Positions 42,996 to 54,657 of a stretch of 64,000 bases of DNA are shown here, piece by piece. Below the pieces are notes generated by a model that saw only the letters and a program-made list of their open reading frames with translations, did no database searches and had not been told where the DNA came from. Every line of letters begins with the position of its first letter. Position 1 is the first letter of the stretch. The translations under genes and the position numbers were made by a program. Source of the DNA: a bacterium (GTDB taxonomy: Bacteria; Cyanobacteriota; Sericytochromatia; S15B-MN24; UBA4093); NCBI GenBank assembly GCA_017744355.1, contig JAGIBK010000005.1, forward strand, positions 260,790-324,789. The letters are read 5' to 3'.

Positions 42996-44594
42996 ATGCG
43001 CGTACAGTCCCGCATCCTCCTCGGCTACAGCCCGGTGCTCGCCATCCTCGCGGCGCTCCTGACGCTTGCGATCGCCACGAGCACCCTCTCGGCCCGTGCC
43101 TCCGACCGAGCGTTCGACAAGACCCTACCCGCCATCGTTGCGGGCGAGGAGCTGCTGTCGCTGGCGCGTAACCTGGAGGCCCTGGAGTACGTCTACTTCC
43201 TCGAGGTCGAGGCCCCGGCTCAGGGTGCGCGCGCCATGGCCGAATTCGATCGGGCGAGCCAGGAGTTCGAGGGCTATTACCAAAGCGCCGAGGCCGTCGC
43301 GGACACCCCCGTCGAGCGCCGCTACCTCGCCGATATCGACCAGGCGTACAAGACCTTCATCACGATTGATCGGCAGATCCGCGAGCGCCTCGCCAAGGGC
43401 CAGGTCGCGGCGGCCTATCGGCTGAACGCCACCGAGTCCCTGGTAGCCTACGAACGCTTCTCGCGCTCGGCGAGCGCCCTGGTGGCCTACAACCGCGAGC
43501 AGCTTGTCACGGCGCGGTCCGCCATCGCCCACCGCCGAAACACGATGCTGGCGCTCTTGGCAGGGGCGGGGGTCCTCGCGTTGCTGCTCGGACTCTGGGT
43601 CGGCGTGCGGCTCGCGCGGATCCTCGCGCGCCCGCTGGCCGAGCTTGAACAGGGGGCCGAGCAGATCGCAAAGGGCACCTTCAAGCTGCCGCCGCCTAGC
43701 CGCGAGGTGGCCGGCATCGCCGAGATCCGGGGGCTGTACGATGCGCTGGCCTGGATGGTGCGATCGCTGGAGGGACTCGCCCGCGACCTGCGCGAGGCCA
43801 ATGCGAGCCTCGAGCGTAAGGTCGCCTCACGCACCGCCGCCTTGGAGGAGACCAAGCGCGCGCTCGAGGCCACCGTCGCGGAGTTGCGATCGCTCGATAA
43901 GCTCAAGAGCGACTTTCTCTCGGTGGTCAGTCACGAGCTGTTGACCCCCATCAACTTCGTGACCGGCTACGGCTCGACCTTGAGCGAGGGCCTGCTCGGT
44001 GAGTTGAGCGACGTGCAGCGCGAGGCCGTGGACAAGATGCTCGAAGGGGCCTCGCGCCTGACGCGGATCGTGCGGAACCTGCTCGACTACACCCGCATGG
44101 AGGCAGGTGAGTTGAGCGTCCGCTCCCAGCCCGTCGACGTCGCCGAGCTCCTGCACGAGACGTATGCCGAGTTCGCGCCGCTGTTCGCGCGCAAGGACCT
44201 CGCCCTCTCGCTGTCGCTGCCACCCGAGCTACCGCTCGCCTGGGGGGATCCCGCCCGCATCCACCAGGTGCTGGGCGAGCTGCTCGACAACGCCGCCAAG
44301 TTCACCGGGAGCGGCGGCAGCGTGGGGATAGAGGCGCAGTGCGCCGCGGACGCCGTGGAGATCACGGTACAGGATACCGGCGTCGGCATCGCGCCGGACG
44401 TGCTCCCGCACGTCTTCGAGCGCTTCTACCAGGGGGATTCGACCAGCACCCGCGCCTACGGCGGGACCGGGATCGGCCTGACGCTTTCCAAGCGGCTCGC
44501 CGAGGAGATGGGCGGCGCGCTTGCGATCGCAAGCGTCCTCGGCGAGGGGACCCGGGCGGTGCTCAGGCTGCGCCGTTCTACTCCTCTTGGCTGA
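42996..44594 (+). CDS. sensor histidine kinase (TM-HAMP-HisKA-HATPase)
   Basis: H-box SHELLTPIN, N/G boxes (DNAAKFT, DTGVGI, GGTGIGL); RBS GGAGG. Confidence 0.9.
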   Translation: MRVQSRILLGYSPVLAILAALLTLAIATSTLSARASDRAFDKTLPAIVAGEELLSLARNLEALEYVYFLEVEAPAQGARAMAEFDRASQEFEGYYQSAEAVADTPVERRYLADIDQAYKTFITIDRQIRERLAKGQVAAAYRLNATESLVAYERFSRSASALVAYNREQLVTARSAIAHRRNTMLALLAGAGVLALLLGLWVGVRLARILARPLAELEQGAEQIAKGTFKLPPPSREVAGIAEIRGLYDALAWMVRSLEGLARDLREANASLERKVASRTAALEETKRALEATVAELRSLDKLKSDFLSVVSHELLTPINFVTGYGSTLSEGLLGELSDVQREAVDKMLEGASRLTRIVRNLLDYTRMEAGELSVRSQPVDVAELLHETYAEFAPLFARKDLALSLSLPPELPLAWGDPARIHQVLGELLDNAAKFTGSGGSVGIEAQCAADAVEITVQDTGVGIAPDVLPHVFERFYQGDSTSTRAYGGTGIGLTLSKRLAEEMGGALAIASVLGEGTRAVLRLRRSTPLG

Positions 44595-45018
44595 TCTGGA
44601 TCGCGCGGGAGCGCGCGGCCTCGACCTTGGGCAGGCGCAGGCTCAGGATGCCCTCCTTGAGGTTCGCCTTGATCCGCTCGTGGTTGGTGTTGGGCGGCAG
44701 GCGGAAGGTCCGCTGGAAGGAGCCGTAGGTGCGCTCGATGCGGTGGGCCTTGGCGCCTTCGGGCTCCATGTAGGGGCGATCGCCCGCGAGCGTCAGCTCG
44801 TCGCCGTCGAGGTGGATTCGGATGTCCTCCTGCTTGAGGCCCGCAAGCTCGACCAAGAACACCCACTCGGTCTCGGTCTCGAACACGTCCACGGCGGGAG
44901 ACCAGTTGCCGGCGGGGATCGCGGTGGGGCCCAGCGCCTGCTGGAACTCGGCGCGCAGGTCCTCAAGGGTGCGCAGGAGCGCCGGGGAGATGTTCTGCCA
45001 GCGGTTGAACCGATCCAT
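44578..45018 (-). CDS. Hsp20/alpha-crystallin small heat-shock protein
   Basis: Alpha-crystallin domain PAVDVFETETEWVFLVELAGL ... GILSLRLPK; its 3' end overlaps the kinase stop (convergent). Confidence 0.9.
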   Translation of the reverse strand: MDRFNRWQNISPALLRTLEDLRAEFQQALGPTAIPAGNWSPAVDVFETETEWVFLVELAGLKQEDIRIHLDGDELTLAGDRPYMEPEGAKAHRIERTYGSFQRTFRLPPNTNHERIKANLKEGILSLRLPKVEAARSRAIQISQEE

Positions 45019-45159
45019 GTCCGTACCTCCGTCTATGAGCGTGGTTCTATCAAGTCAGTTTAGCAAGCAAAGCCGGTTTCCCGCAATGGCCGGGGCTTTG
45101 GTATCATGACCCAATCGCCTGGCCGTTTGTGCCAGTTCCTAGCACGAGTTGAGGAGCCC

Positions 45160-47580
<2,421 letters not shown>

Positions 47581-47600
47581 TCCAGGGTCCATCTCCTCTC

Positions 47601-47637
47601 GCCCCGGGAAGCGCAAGCTTCCCGGGGCTTTGCTTTG
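47601..47637 (+). terminator. rho-independent terminator after leuS
   Basis: GCCCCGGGAAGC gca AGCTTCCCGGGGC followed by TTTGCTTTG. Confidence 0.8.
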
Positions 47638-47754
47638 GGGCAATAGGCCTTCGTTTGTCATCGTCTGAAAGTGCCAACGCGGCGCCCTCGCTCCACAATC
47701 GGGGGTTGATCGCCGGCTCGCATGCCGCCCGGTCGAGCGAGAGGATTGAGGACG

Positions 47755-50700
47755 ATGCGCAAGATATTGGTTGCCGTGCTGTTGAGCTTGACGCTGGTGG
47801 GCTGTCGCATGCCGTCGCTCTTCGCGACGAGCCCCGGCGCCTACTTCGGCGCCGCTTCGGATGCCGGCGGGGCGCGGGTGCAGGAAGCCCCCCCGCTGAG
47901 CGGTCGGGTGCTCATCCCGCGGCGGGTACAGGCGACCATCAAGGACGACGTGGCGGTGGCTGCGACCGTGTCCTTGATCAACACGGGCAGCAATCGGACC
48001 GAGGCGACGGGCGTGACCGATGACCACGGCGTCTTCACCCTGACCCTGCCCAAGAACTATCGCCCCGATCCCAAGAGCACCTACTACCTGGAGGCGGTGA
48101 AGGGCCTGCACGAGAACAGGCCGGGCCACGCCGTGGCGCGGGTGCGGACCATCGTCAAGTTCCTGAACGGCTGGGTGTCGCTGACCAACACGACGCCAAA
48201 CCAGGGCATCAACATCACCTCGCTGACCACGGCGGTGGCGATCGGGGCGGGCCTGCGCAAGGGCACGGCCTCGAAAGTGGACTTCGACGCCCTGATCGGC
48301 AAGATCGCAGGCGGCGTCTACACCCCGGTGACGAACCTCTCCCTTGCCGAGGTGACCGCCCTGACGTCGTTGGTCACTTCGAAGCTCGCGGACGATCGGG
48401 ATCCGGTGGGGGCCATCACCCTCGACACGGGCACCAACGGCTTCGAACTCGCCTCCCCCGAATCTCCTCAGGTGAGCACCGCGAGCGTGGCGGTGGCGCA
48501 GGTGGGCGGGACGCTCACCCTGACGGGCTCGGGCTTCAGCACGACGCCCGCGAACAACGTGGTCACCATCAACGGGACGCCCGTGACGGTGCTGTCGGCC
48601 ACCATGACCAGCCTCACGATTCAGATTCCCGAGGGGGCCACCTCGGGCCAGATCACGGTCCAGGTGGGCGGCCTCATCATCCTGGGACCCGTGTTGTCGG
48701 TGGCGGTGGAGGTCGAGACGTTCAGCGCGCCGTCGGGTGCTTCCGGCACGACGCTCACCCTCACGGGCTCGGGCTTCGACCCGTCGGATCTCGCCAACAA
48801 CGTGGTGGTCTTTAGCGGCGGGGCGACCGCGAGCGTCACGGCCGCCACCGCGACGAGCCTCACGGTGACGGTGCCCTCGGGGGCGGTGAGCGGGCCGGTG
48901 AGCATCAACGTGCTCGGGAGTCAGACCACCAGCGAGATCACGTTCATCGTCCCGGTGGTGATCTCGGACTTCAGCCCTGCGGGCGGCGTTGCGGGCACGT
49001 CGGTGACCCTCTCGGGCACGGGCTTCTCCACCACGCTTGCAAGCAACTCGGTGAAGGTGAACGGCGTCGCGGCGACTCTGACCCAGGCGAGCGCGACCAG
49101 CCTTCGCTTCACGGTGCCGCTTGGCGCGACCACCGGCCCCATCGCCGTGACGGTCGCGGGCCAGACGGCTTCCACCGCAGCCTTCACGGTCGCCATGCCT
49201 TCCCTCGCCGGAGCTTCCACCATCCAGACCATTGCCGGATGGCCCCTTCCGCCTGCGAACCGACAGGCGAGCAACTGGGGCTTCAAGGCCCCCGCGGCGA
49301 TGGTCCGCGATGGCGCCGGCAACACCTACGTCGCGGGGAGCGGCCGGATCTTCAAGATCGATGCCGCGGGCGTCATCACCCACGTGGCGGGGATGGGCGC
49401 CACCAACGCCCACGACGGCGATGGTGGGCCGGCAACCGGGGCCAAGTTCAGCGACAAGGTCTACGCGCTCGCGGTGGACGCCTCGGGCAACCTCTATTTC
49501 GCGGACAGCGCGTACAATTGCGTCCGCATGGTGGATACCTCGGGCGTCATCTCGACGGTCGTGGGGGTTTCCAGCACGAGCTACAGCGCCCCGGACGGTG
49601 ACGGCGGTCTTGCCGTCGCGGCCCGTCTCGACCAGCCGCAGGGACTTGCGGTGGACGCTGCGGGCAACCTGTACATTTCGGAATTCACCGGCCATGTGAT
49701 CCGCAAGGTCGCGGCCTCCTCGAAGATGATTAGCACCATCGCCGGCAACCGTACGGTCTTCGGCTATTCGGATGGGGCCGGGGTCGCAAAGGATGCGCGT
49801 TTCAGCAGCACCCGCGGCTTGCTGCTCGACGGTGACAACCTGTACGTGGCGGATTCCTATCGCGTCTGGCGCATCGGGCTCTCGGGCAACACCATCGAGA
49901 ACCTCGCCGGGGCGGGGGCGGGCGACGAAAGCGCTTACGTGGACGGCCCCGGGGCCAGCGCCCGCTTCAAGGATTGTGTCAGCCTCGCGAAGGACGCCGC
50001 GGGGAATCTGTACGTCGGCGATCAGGGCGACCACCGCGTGCGCAAGATCGATGCCTCGCGCAACGTCACGACGGTCGCAGGGACCGGTGTCGCCGGCTAC
50101 GGGGGGGATGGCGGCGTGGCGACCTCGGCCCAGCTCAACGTGCCGTACGGTGTCGTCGTGGATGGCGCCGGCCGCCTCTATGTCGCGGATTCCTTGAACC
50201 ATCGCATCCGCCGGATCGAGGGGGGCACCATCTCGACGGTCTGGGGCACCGGTCTGGTCAGCTACTCCGGGGATAACGGTCTTGCCGAGGCGGCCCAGGT
50301 CGACCCGGGGGTCAACGGGGGCGTCGCCGTGGATTCGGCGGGCAACCTCTATCTTGCGGATCAGAACAACTATCGCATCCGCAAGATCGATCGGGTGACG
50401 GGCGTCATCTCGACCTACGCCGGGACGGGAGCGGTTTCGAGCAGCGGCGATGGGGGGCAAGCTACCGCCGCAAGCCTACAGCCCTCGGGGCTTGTTTTCG
50501 ACGCCTCGGACAACCTCTACGTCGGTGACGTCAAGGGGGCCAGCATTCGCAAGATCGCGCGCGCGACGGGCCTCATCTCGACCTACGCGCCGGGCATGGC
50601 GTATCCCCGGGGCCTCGCCTTCGATGCTGCGGGCAACCTTTACGTCGCCAGGGGAAGCGCCCTCCCCGGCAGCTCCGGCACCGTCGTGAAGATCGACCCC

Positions 50701-51186
50701 TTGGGCACCGTCACCACCATCGCGGGCGGGGGAGTCTCACTCGCCGAGGGCGTTTCCGCCACCTCGGCCAGGATCAACGGCCCCATGGGGCTGGTGCTGG
50801 ATGCGAGCGGGAGCGTCTACGTCGCGGACTACGGCAGCCACAAGGTCCGCAAGGTGAGCGAGGGCGTCATCACCACCGTGGCCGGGGCTGGGGCCGGTGG
50901 CGACGGAGGTCCGGCGCTCACGGCGAAGCTCACGAACCCGTACGGGCTCGCCATGGACGCCTCCGGCACCCTCTACATTTCCGAGTACGGCGCTCACCGT
51001 ATCCGCAAGGTGGATCTCGCGGGGGACATCTCGCTCGTGGCGGGGACGACCCAGGGCTTCTCGGGGGATAACGGCCAGGCCGCCTCGGCCCAGCTCTCCA
51101 ATCCAACCAGCCTCACTCTCGCCGATTTCGGGGGCACGCTCTACGTCAACGACAGCACGAACCTCCGCGTGCGCAGGCTGCGGTGA
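47755..51186 (+). CDS. giant surface lipoprotein: 4 IPT/TIG domains + NHL-repeat beta-propeller region
   Basis: Lipobox LVGC; four IPT-like units (..TLTGSGFS..NNVVTINGTPVTV..); many NHL-type repeats (LYVADS.NHRIR(K/R)I.). Confidence 0.85.
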   Translation: MRKILVAVLLSLTLVGCRMPSLFATSPGAYFGAASDAGGARVQEAPPLSGRVLIPRRVQATIKDDVAVAATVSLINTGSNRTEATGVTDDHGVFTLTLPKNYRPDPKSTYYLEAVKGLHENRPGHAVARVRTIVKFLNGWVSLTNTTPNQGINITSLTTAVAIGAGLRKGTASKVDFDALIGKIAGGVYTPVTNLSLAEVTALTSLVTSKLADDRDPVGAITLDTGTNGFELASPESPQVSTASVAVAQVGGTLTLTGSGFSTTPANNVVTINGTPVTVLSATMTSLTIQIPEGATSGQITVQVGGLIILGPVLSVAVEVETFSAPSGASGTTLTLTGSGFDPSDLANNVVVFSGGATASVTAATATSLTVTVPSGAVSGPVSINVLGSQTTSEITFIVPVVISDFSPAGGVAGTSVTLSGTGFSTTLASNSVKVNGVAATLTQASATSLRFTVPLGATTGPIAVTVAGQTASTAAFTVAMPSLAGASTIQTIAGWPLPPANRQASNWGFKAPAAMVRDGAGNTYVAGSGRIFKIDAAGVITHVAGMGATNAHDGDGGPATGAKFSDKVYALAVDASGNLYFADSAYNCVRMVDTSGVISTVVGVSSTSYSAPDGDGGLAVAARLDQPQGLAVDAAGNLYISEFTGHVIRKVAASSKMISTIAGNRTVFGYSDGAGVAKDARFSSTRGLLLDGDNLYVADSYRVWRIGLSGNTIENLAGAGAGDESAYVDGPGASARFKDCVSLAKDAAGNLYVGDQGDHRVRKIDASRNVTTVAGTGVAGYGGDGGVATSAQLNVPYGVVVDGAGRLYVADSLNHRIRRIEGGTISTVWGTGLVSYSGDNGLAEAAQVDPGVNGGVAVDSAGNLYLADQNNYRIRKIDRVTGVISTYAGTGAVSSSGDGGQATAASLQPSGLVFDASDNLYVGDVKGASIRKIARATGLISTYAPGMAYPRGLAFDAAGNLYVARGSALPGSSGTVVKIDPLGTVTTIAGGGVSLAEGVSATSARINGPMGLVLDASGSVYVADYGSHKVRKVSEGVITTVAGAGAGGDGGPALTAKLTNPYGLAMDASGTLYISEYGAHRIRKVDLAGDISLVAGTTQGFSGDNGQAASAQLSNPTSLTLADFGGTLYVNDSTNLRVRRLR

Positions 51187-51206
51187 GGACCATGAAGGGA
51201 ACGATC

Positions 51207-51770
51207 ATGAGGAGCCGGGCAGGGTATCTCGGGGGGCTGGGGCTTTGCGCTCTCCTGTTGCTGGTGGGCTGCCCCGGGCCCGAGGACGAGGACATCATCG
51301 GAACGGTGGGGCCGAAGCCCACCGAGACCGCGGACAAGAACGTCGGCGGCTCGGTCGGAGATGAAACCCCACCCGCCACCCGATCCGCCACCCCGGAGCC
51401 GGTCACTCGGACCCCCTCCCCCAAGCCGACCGCCTCGGCCAAGGTGGGCATCAAGTCGGTGAGCGTCTCGAACATCGCGATCGCCCTCTACCCGCCCGCC
51501 CAGGACGAGGCGCTCGGGCTCGGCTACCCGAGCTGGAGGCAGCTCTCGGGCCAGGCCATGCGCACCGATGACTTCCCCTCGGGCGTGGTCTGGAGCGATC
51601 GCTCCGGTGGGCAGCTCGTCGTGAGCCCCACCGGTCGGATCGAGACCAAGGCTTCGACCCAGCCCGGAACGTACTGGGTGCGCTGCGCGGCCCTTGACGA
51701 CGTCAACGTCTACCAGGACGTGGCGGTCGAGGTCCGTCCGACCAGCGAGCTCGAGGTCATCATCCGTTGA
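51207..51770 (+). CDS. small lipoprotein, hypothetical
   Basis: RBS AAGGGAA; signal peptide with lipobox LLVGC; Pro/Thr-rich linker. Confidence 0.6.
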   Translation: MRSRAGYLGGLGLCALLLLVGCPGPEDEDIIGTVGPKPTETADKNVGGSVGDETPPATRSATPEPVTRTPSPKPTASAKVGIKSVSVSNIAIALYPPAQDEALGLGYPSWRQLSGQAMRTDDFPSGVVWSDRSGGQLVVSPTGRIETKASTQPGTYWVRCAALDDVNVYQDVAVEVRPTSELEVIIR

Positions 51771-51781
51771 AGGGGCATGCC

Positions 51782-52744
51782 ATGAAACGTCTTCTCGCCT
51801 TTGGAATCCCTCTGAGCCTCTTGCTCGTGGCCTGCCGCGCGCAGGGGCCTCTCGGCACCCCCGCCGAGCGTACCGGGGTCGCCGAGCCCGCTCGCGCGAC
51901 CCTGCAGGTGGGGCTCCAGTGGCCCCGCCGCGAGACCCAGGTCATTCCGATCAGCGCCGACACCATCTGGGTATCCGTCAAGAAGGGCTCTCAGACCCTC
52001 CACACCACCGCCTTGAAGCGGCCCGATGCCCAGGGGACCCAGACGGCCACCCGGAGCTTCCAGGTGGATGCCGGCACGGGCCTGAGCGTCCGGGCCGAGG
52101 CCTTCCGCGCGGGCCAGGCTTCGACCAGCATCCCGATCGCCCTGGCCCAGGCGACGGGCGTGACCCTGTACGCCAACCAGCGCACCATCGTCACCCTGGA
52201 TATGGCGGCGACGGGCGCCTCGACGATCTCGAGCTTCTCTCCGACCAACGGCGGGCCCGGGGTGAAGGTGAGCGTGGCGGGTCAGTTCAGCCCGAGCGGT
52301 TACTATCGCCTGGTCCTGGGACCGGCCGAAAGCGCCGCGACCTACAAAACGAGTCAGCTCCTGGAGGCCCCCGTGCCCCTCGGCGCGCAGAGCGGCCCCT
52401 TGACCGTCTACGACGATGGTTTCCCGTCGGTTTCAGCACAATCCTTCCAGGTGCTGTCGGTCTTGACCCTCTTGCCGGCGGGGCCGCAGCACGTGTCCCC
52501 GGGACAGCCTCTCGCTTTCAGCGTGCCGAGCGCCCTCGATACAAACGGCCAGCAGGTGAGTTCGCCGACCGTCACGGGCTGGCTCCTCCTGGACCCCATC
52601 TCCTTCGAGCCGAGCGCCATCGGAACCCTGGACGTTAGCGGCGGAGCCGCGACCTTCAACGCAAGCCCCACCGCCACGGGCACCGCTTGGCTTTACGTCC
52701 GCTCGGGCAGCCTCCTCGCCACCACCTCGGTGACGGTGCGGTAG
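51782..52744 (+). CDS. lipoprotein with 'WP..Q(A/V)IP' N-domain plus IPT-like domain
   Basis: RBS GAAGGGG; lipobox LLVAC; LQVGLQWPRRETQVIP matches the N-domain of the duplicated-module proteins; IPT-like ISSFSPTNGGPGVKVSVAGQF. Confidence 0.7.
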   Translation: MKRLLAFGIPLSLLLVACRAQGPLGTPAERTGVAEPARATLQVGLQWPRRETQVIPISADTIWVSVKKGSQTLHTTALKRPDAQGTQTATRSFQVDAGTGLSVRAEAFRAGQASTSIPIALAQATGVTLYANQRTIVTLDMAATGASTISSFSPTNGGPGVKVSVAGQFSPSGYYRLVLGPAESAATYKTSQLLEAPVPLGAQSGPLTVYDDGFPSVSAQSFQVLSVLTLLPAGPQHVSPGQPLAFSVPSALDTNGQQVSSPTVTGWLLLDPISFEPSAIGTLDVSGGAATFNASPTATGTAWLYVRSGSLLATTSVTVR

Positions 52745-52881
52745 TCCCTCAAATAGGCTGTTAGCCAGGCTTTTGGCAGGGTTAGAACGGTGAAAGTCGT
52801 GAGGATGCTGCTATCCTACCCATGCGGGGCTCTGAAGGGAGCCCCCAGTGATGAGGCAGACCTGATCCGAGCGCACCGTGC

Positions 52882-54657
52882 ATGACCACTCGTATCGATG
52901 ACCGACAAGGCGCTGAGAGCCTGACGCTGCTTCTCAGCGCCGGGCCGGGTGCGGGCAAGACGTCCCTCCTGAAGCGTTGGCTGGCCGAGTGGGGCCCTCG
53001 GGCGCGCTACTTCAAGCTGACGACGGGCCTGGGCGCGCCGCTTCAAGAGGCCTTGCCCGGTCTCTTTCCCGAGGCGCGCGCGGTCTTCGAGACGTTCTCG
53101 AAGCGCTTCGAGGGCCTCAACTGGGGCGCGGCCCTGGGCTTGGCCCTCGAAGAGGCCTTGCCCGATGCGGCGCTGCTGCTCGACGATCTTCATTTGGCCG
53201 AGGAGGGGCCCGACTGGGAGGCCCTGATGGCCCTGTGCCGCCACTTTCCGCCGTACGGGCGCCTTGGGTTGGCTTCACGGCATCACCTCCCTGCCATCGG
53301 CCGCGACGAGGAGCGCTCGTGGGATGCGGATCATCCCGACTGGGCCGAGCGTCCTACCCTGCAAGATTTGAACCGGCTGCCCGAGCGCCTCGTCGCCAAG
53401 GCCCTGGCCCTGCACCTCCTCGATGCCCTGCCTGCAAGCGCCGAGAGCTTCGAGTTGGTGCGGCGGAACGTCGCGCGGCCCGCGCTTGATGGGCGGCATG
53501 CCCTGCGGGTCGCCTGGGGCCCCGTCGCCGAGGAGGCCTTTTCCATCCTCGAGCGCCCAAACGTCTGGCGCATGCTGGCCGAGGAGCTGTGGGAGCAGTA
53601 TGGCCTGGGCGTTCGAACGCCGGACGAGGCGCGCGTTCGAGCGGCTTGCTCGCGGCTTCCCGCCAAGGCGCGGGAGGTGCTCGAGGAGCGCTGGCGCCCC
53701 GAGCCGCTGCCCGAGGCGCCTGCGGCCTTGCGGGCTTTGCTGGCGTGCCCCGTCCTGGAGGACCGCCTGGCGTCTCACCGCCATTTCCGGGCCCTCTCGC
53801 ACCTTCACGCGTCCGCCTGCGCGGAAGGCGACGCGCAGGAGGCCGTGGCGCTCGCGGATCGCCTGGTGGCCCTGAGCACCCGCATGGGCTTTTCGCAGGA
53901 CCTGCTTGCGGCCCACGTGGCGCGCCTGGATGCGCGCATGCTCTCGGTCGTCCCGGCCGGGATCGCGCCCTTCCTCGCGATCCCGGCTGAGGCTTTCGCC
54001 ATGGCGGAAAGCCTGGCGGATTACCTGCGCTGCCTGCGGGATCGCGCTCACTTGCTCGGAGAGTCGGGCCTGGCCGTGCGCCTAGAGGCGATCGCCGAGC
54101 AGGTGCTCGGGGTGCGGTTGCCCGCCTCTTCGCGCGAACCGCTCGTCCCCGCCCTGCGCATCCATGCGTTCGGGAAGTTCGCCCTGCTGACGGCCGATGG
54201 TTCGGAGCCGCGCTTTGCTCGGCGAAAGGCCCTGGCCTTCCTGGCGCTGCTCACCCGCCATGCGCGCGGGATGTTCGCCGAGGAGCTGGCGGCGATGCTG
54301 TTCGCCGATGCGGCGGTCTCGAATCCGCAGGAGTCGCTCAACAGTCTCACCTATGCCGTCCGAACCACGCTCAAGGCCATCGGGGCCGAGCAGTTGCTGG
54401 AGTACGAGGGCGGCTGCTATCGCTTGCGCTGGCATGAGGTGGCATTCTGCGACCTGCACGAGGCCGAGGCCTTCAGAGAGCTCGCCCTCGTACTCCAATC
54501 GCGAGGACATGTCGGGCCGGCTGCGCTCATGCGGGCCGTGGCGGACGCTTACGTCGCGGGCGAGCCGTTCGGTGGCTTGGCCGATGCGCTGGGCGCGCGC
54601 TATGGGGGGCTTGTCGCCAGCTTGAGGCTCGGCTTGTCCTCGGAGGAGCGGGCATGA
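52882..54657 (+). CDS. STAND-type P-loop NTPase with C-terminal OmpR-type wHTH + BTAD (inverted-SARP regulator), copy 1
   Basis: Walker A GPGAGKT, Walker B LLLDDLHL; C-terminal KALAFLALL..EELAAMLF..LNSLTYAVRTTLKAIG..YRL wHTH followed by a BTAD-like helix. Confidence 0.8.
   Translation: MTTRIDDRQGAESLTLLLSAGPGAGKTSLLKRWLAEWGPRARYFKLTTGLGAPLQEALPGLFPEARAVFETFSKRFEGLNWGAALGLALEEALPDAALLLDDLHLAEEGPDWEALMALCRHFPPYGRLGLASRHHLPAIGRDEERSWDADHPDWAERPTLQDLNRLPERLVAKALALHLLDALPASAESFELVRRNVARPALDGRHALRVAWGPVAEEAFSILERPNVWRMLAEELWEQYGLGVRTPDEARVRAACSRLPAKAREVLEERWRPEPLPEAPAALRALLACPVLEDRLASHRHFRALSHLHASACAEGDAQEAVALADRLVALSTRMGFSQDLLAAHVARLDARMLSVVPAGIAPFLAIPAEAFAMAESLADYLRCLRDRAHLLGESGLAVRLEAIAEQVLGVRLPASSREPLVPALRIHAFGKFALLTADGSEPRFARRKALAFLALLTRHARGMFAEELAAMLFADAAVSNPQESLNSLTYAVRTTLKAIGAEQLLEYEGGCYRLRWHEVAFCDLHEAEAFRELALVLQSRGHVGPAALMRAVADAYVAGEPFGGLADALGARYGGLVASLRLGLSSEERA

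Noticed and set aside
45019-45159. Looked for CIRCE (TTAGCACTC-N9-GAGTGCTAA) or HAIR (CTTGAGT-N7-ACTCAAG) heat-shock operators upstream of hsp20
   Set aside because: Only partial half-site resemblance (TTAGCAAGC, CTAGCACGAG) and no inverted-repeat partner. Not reportable.
47638-47754. Scanned larger intergenic gaps (7943-8074, 14273-14358, 23285-23383, 47638-47754, 52745-52881) for tRNA or small RNA genes
   Set aside because: No cloverleaf-compatible sequence or GTTC/T-loop signature was found. The gaps look like promoter/leader regions only.
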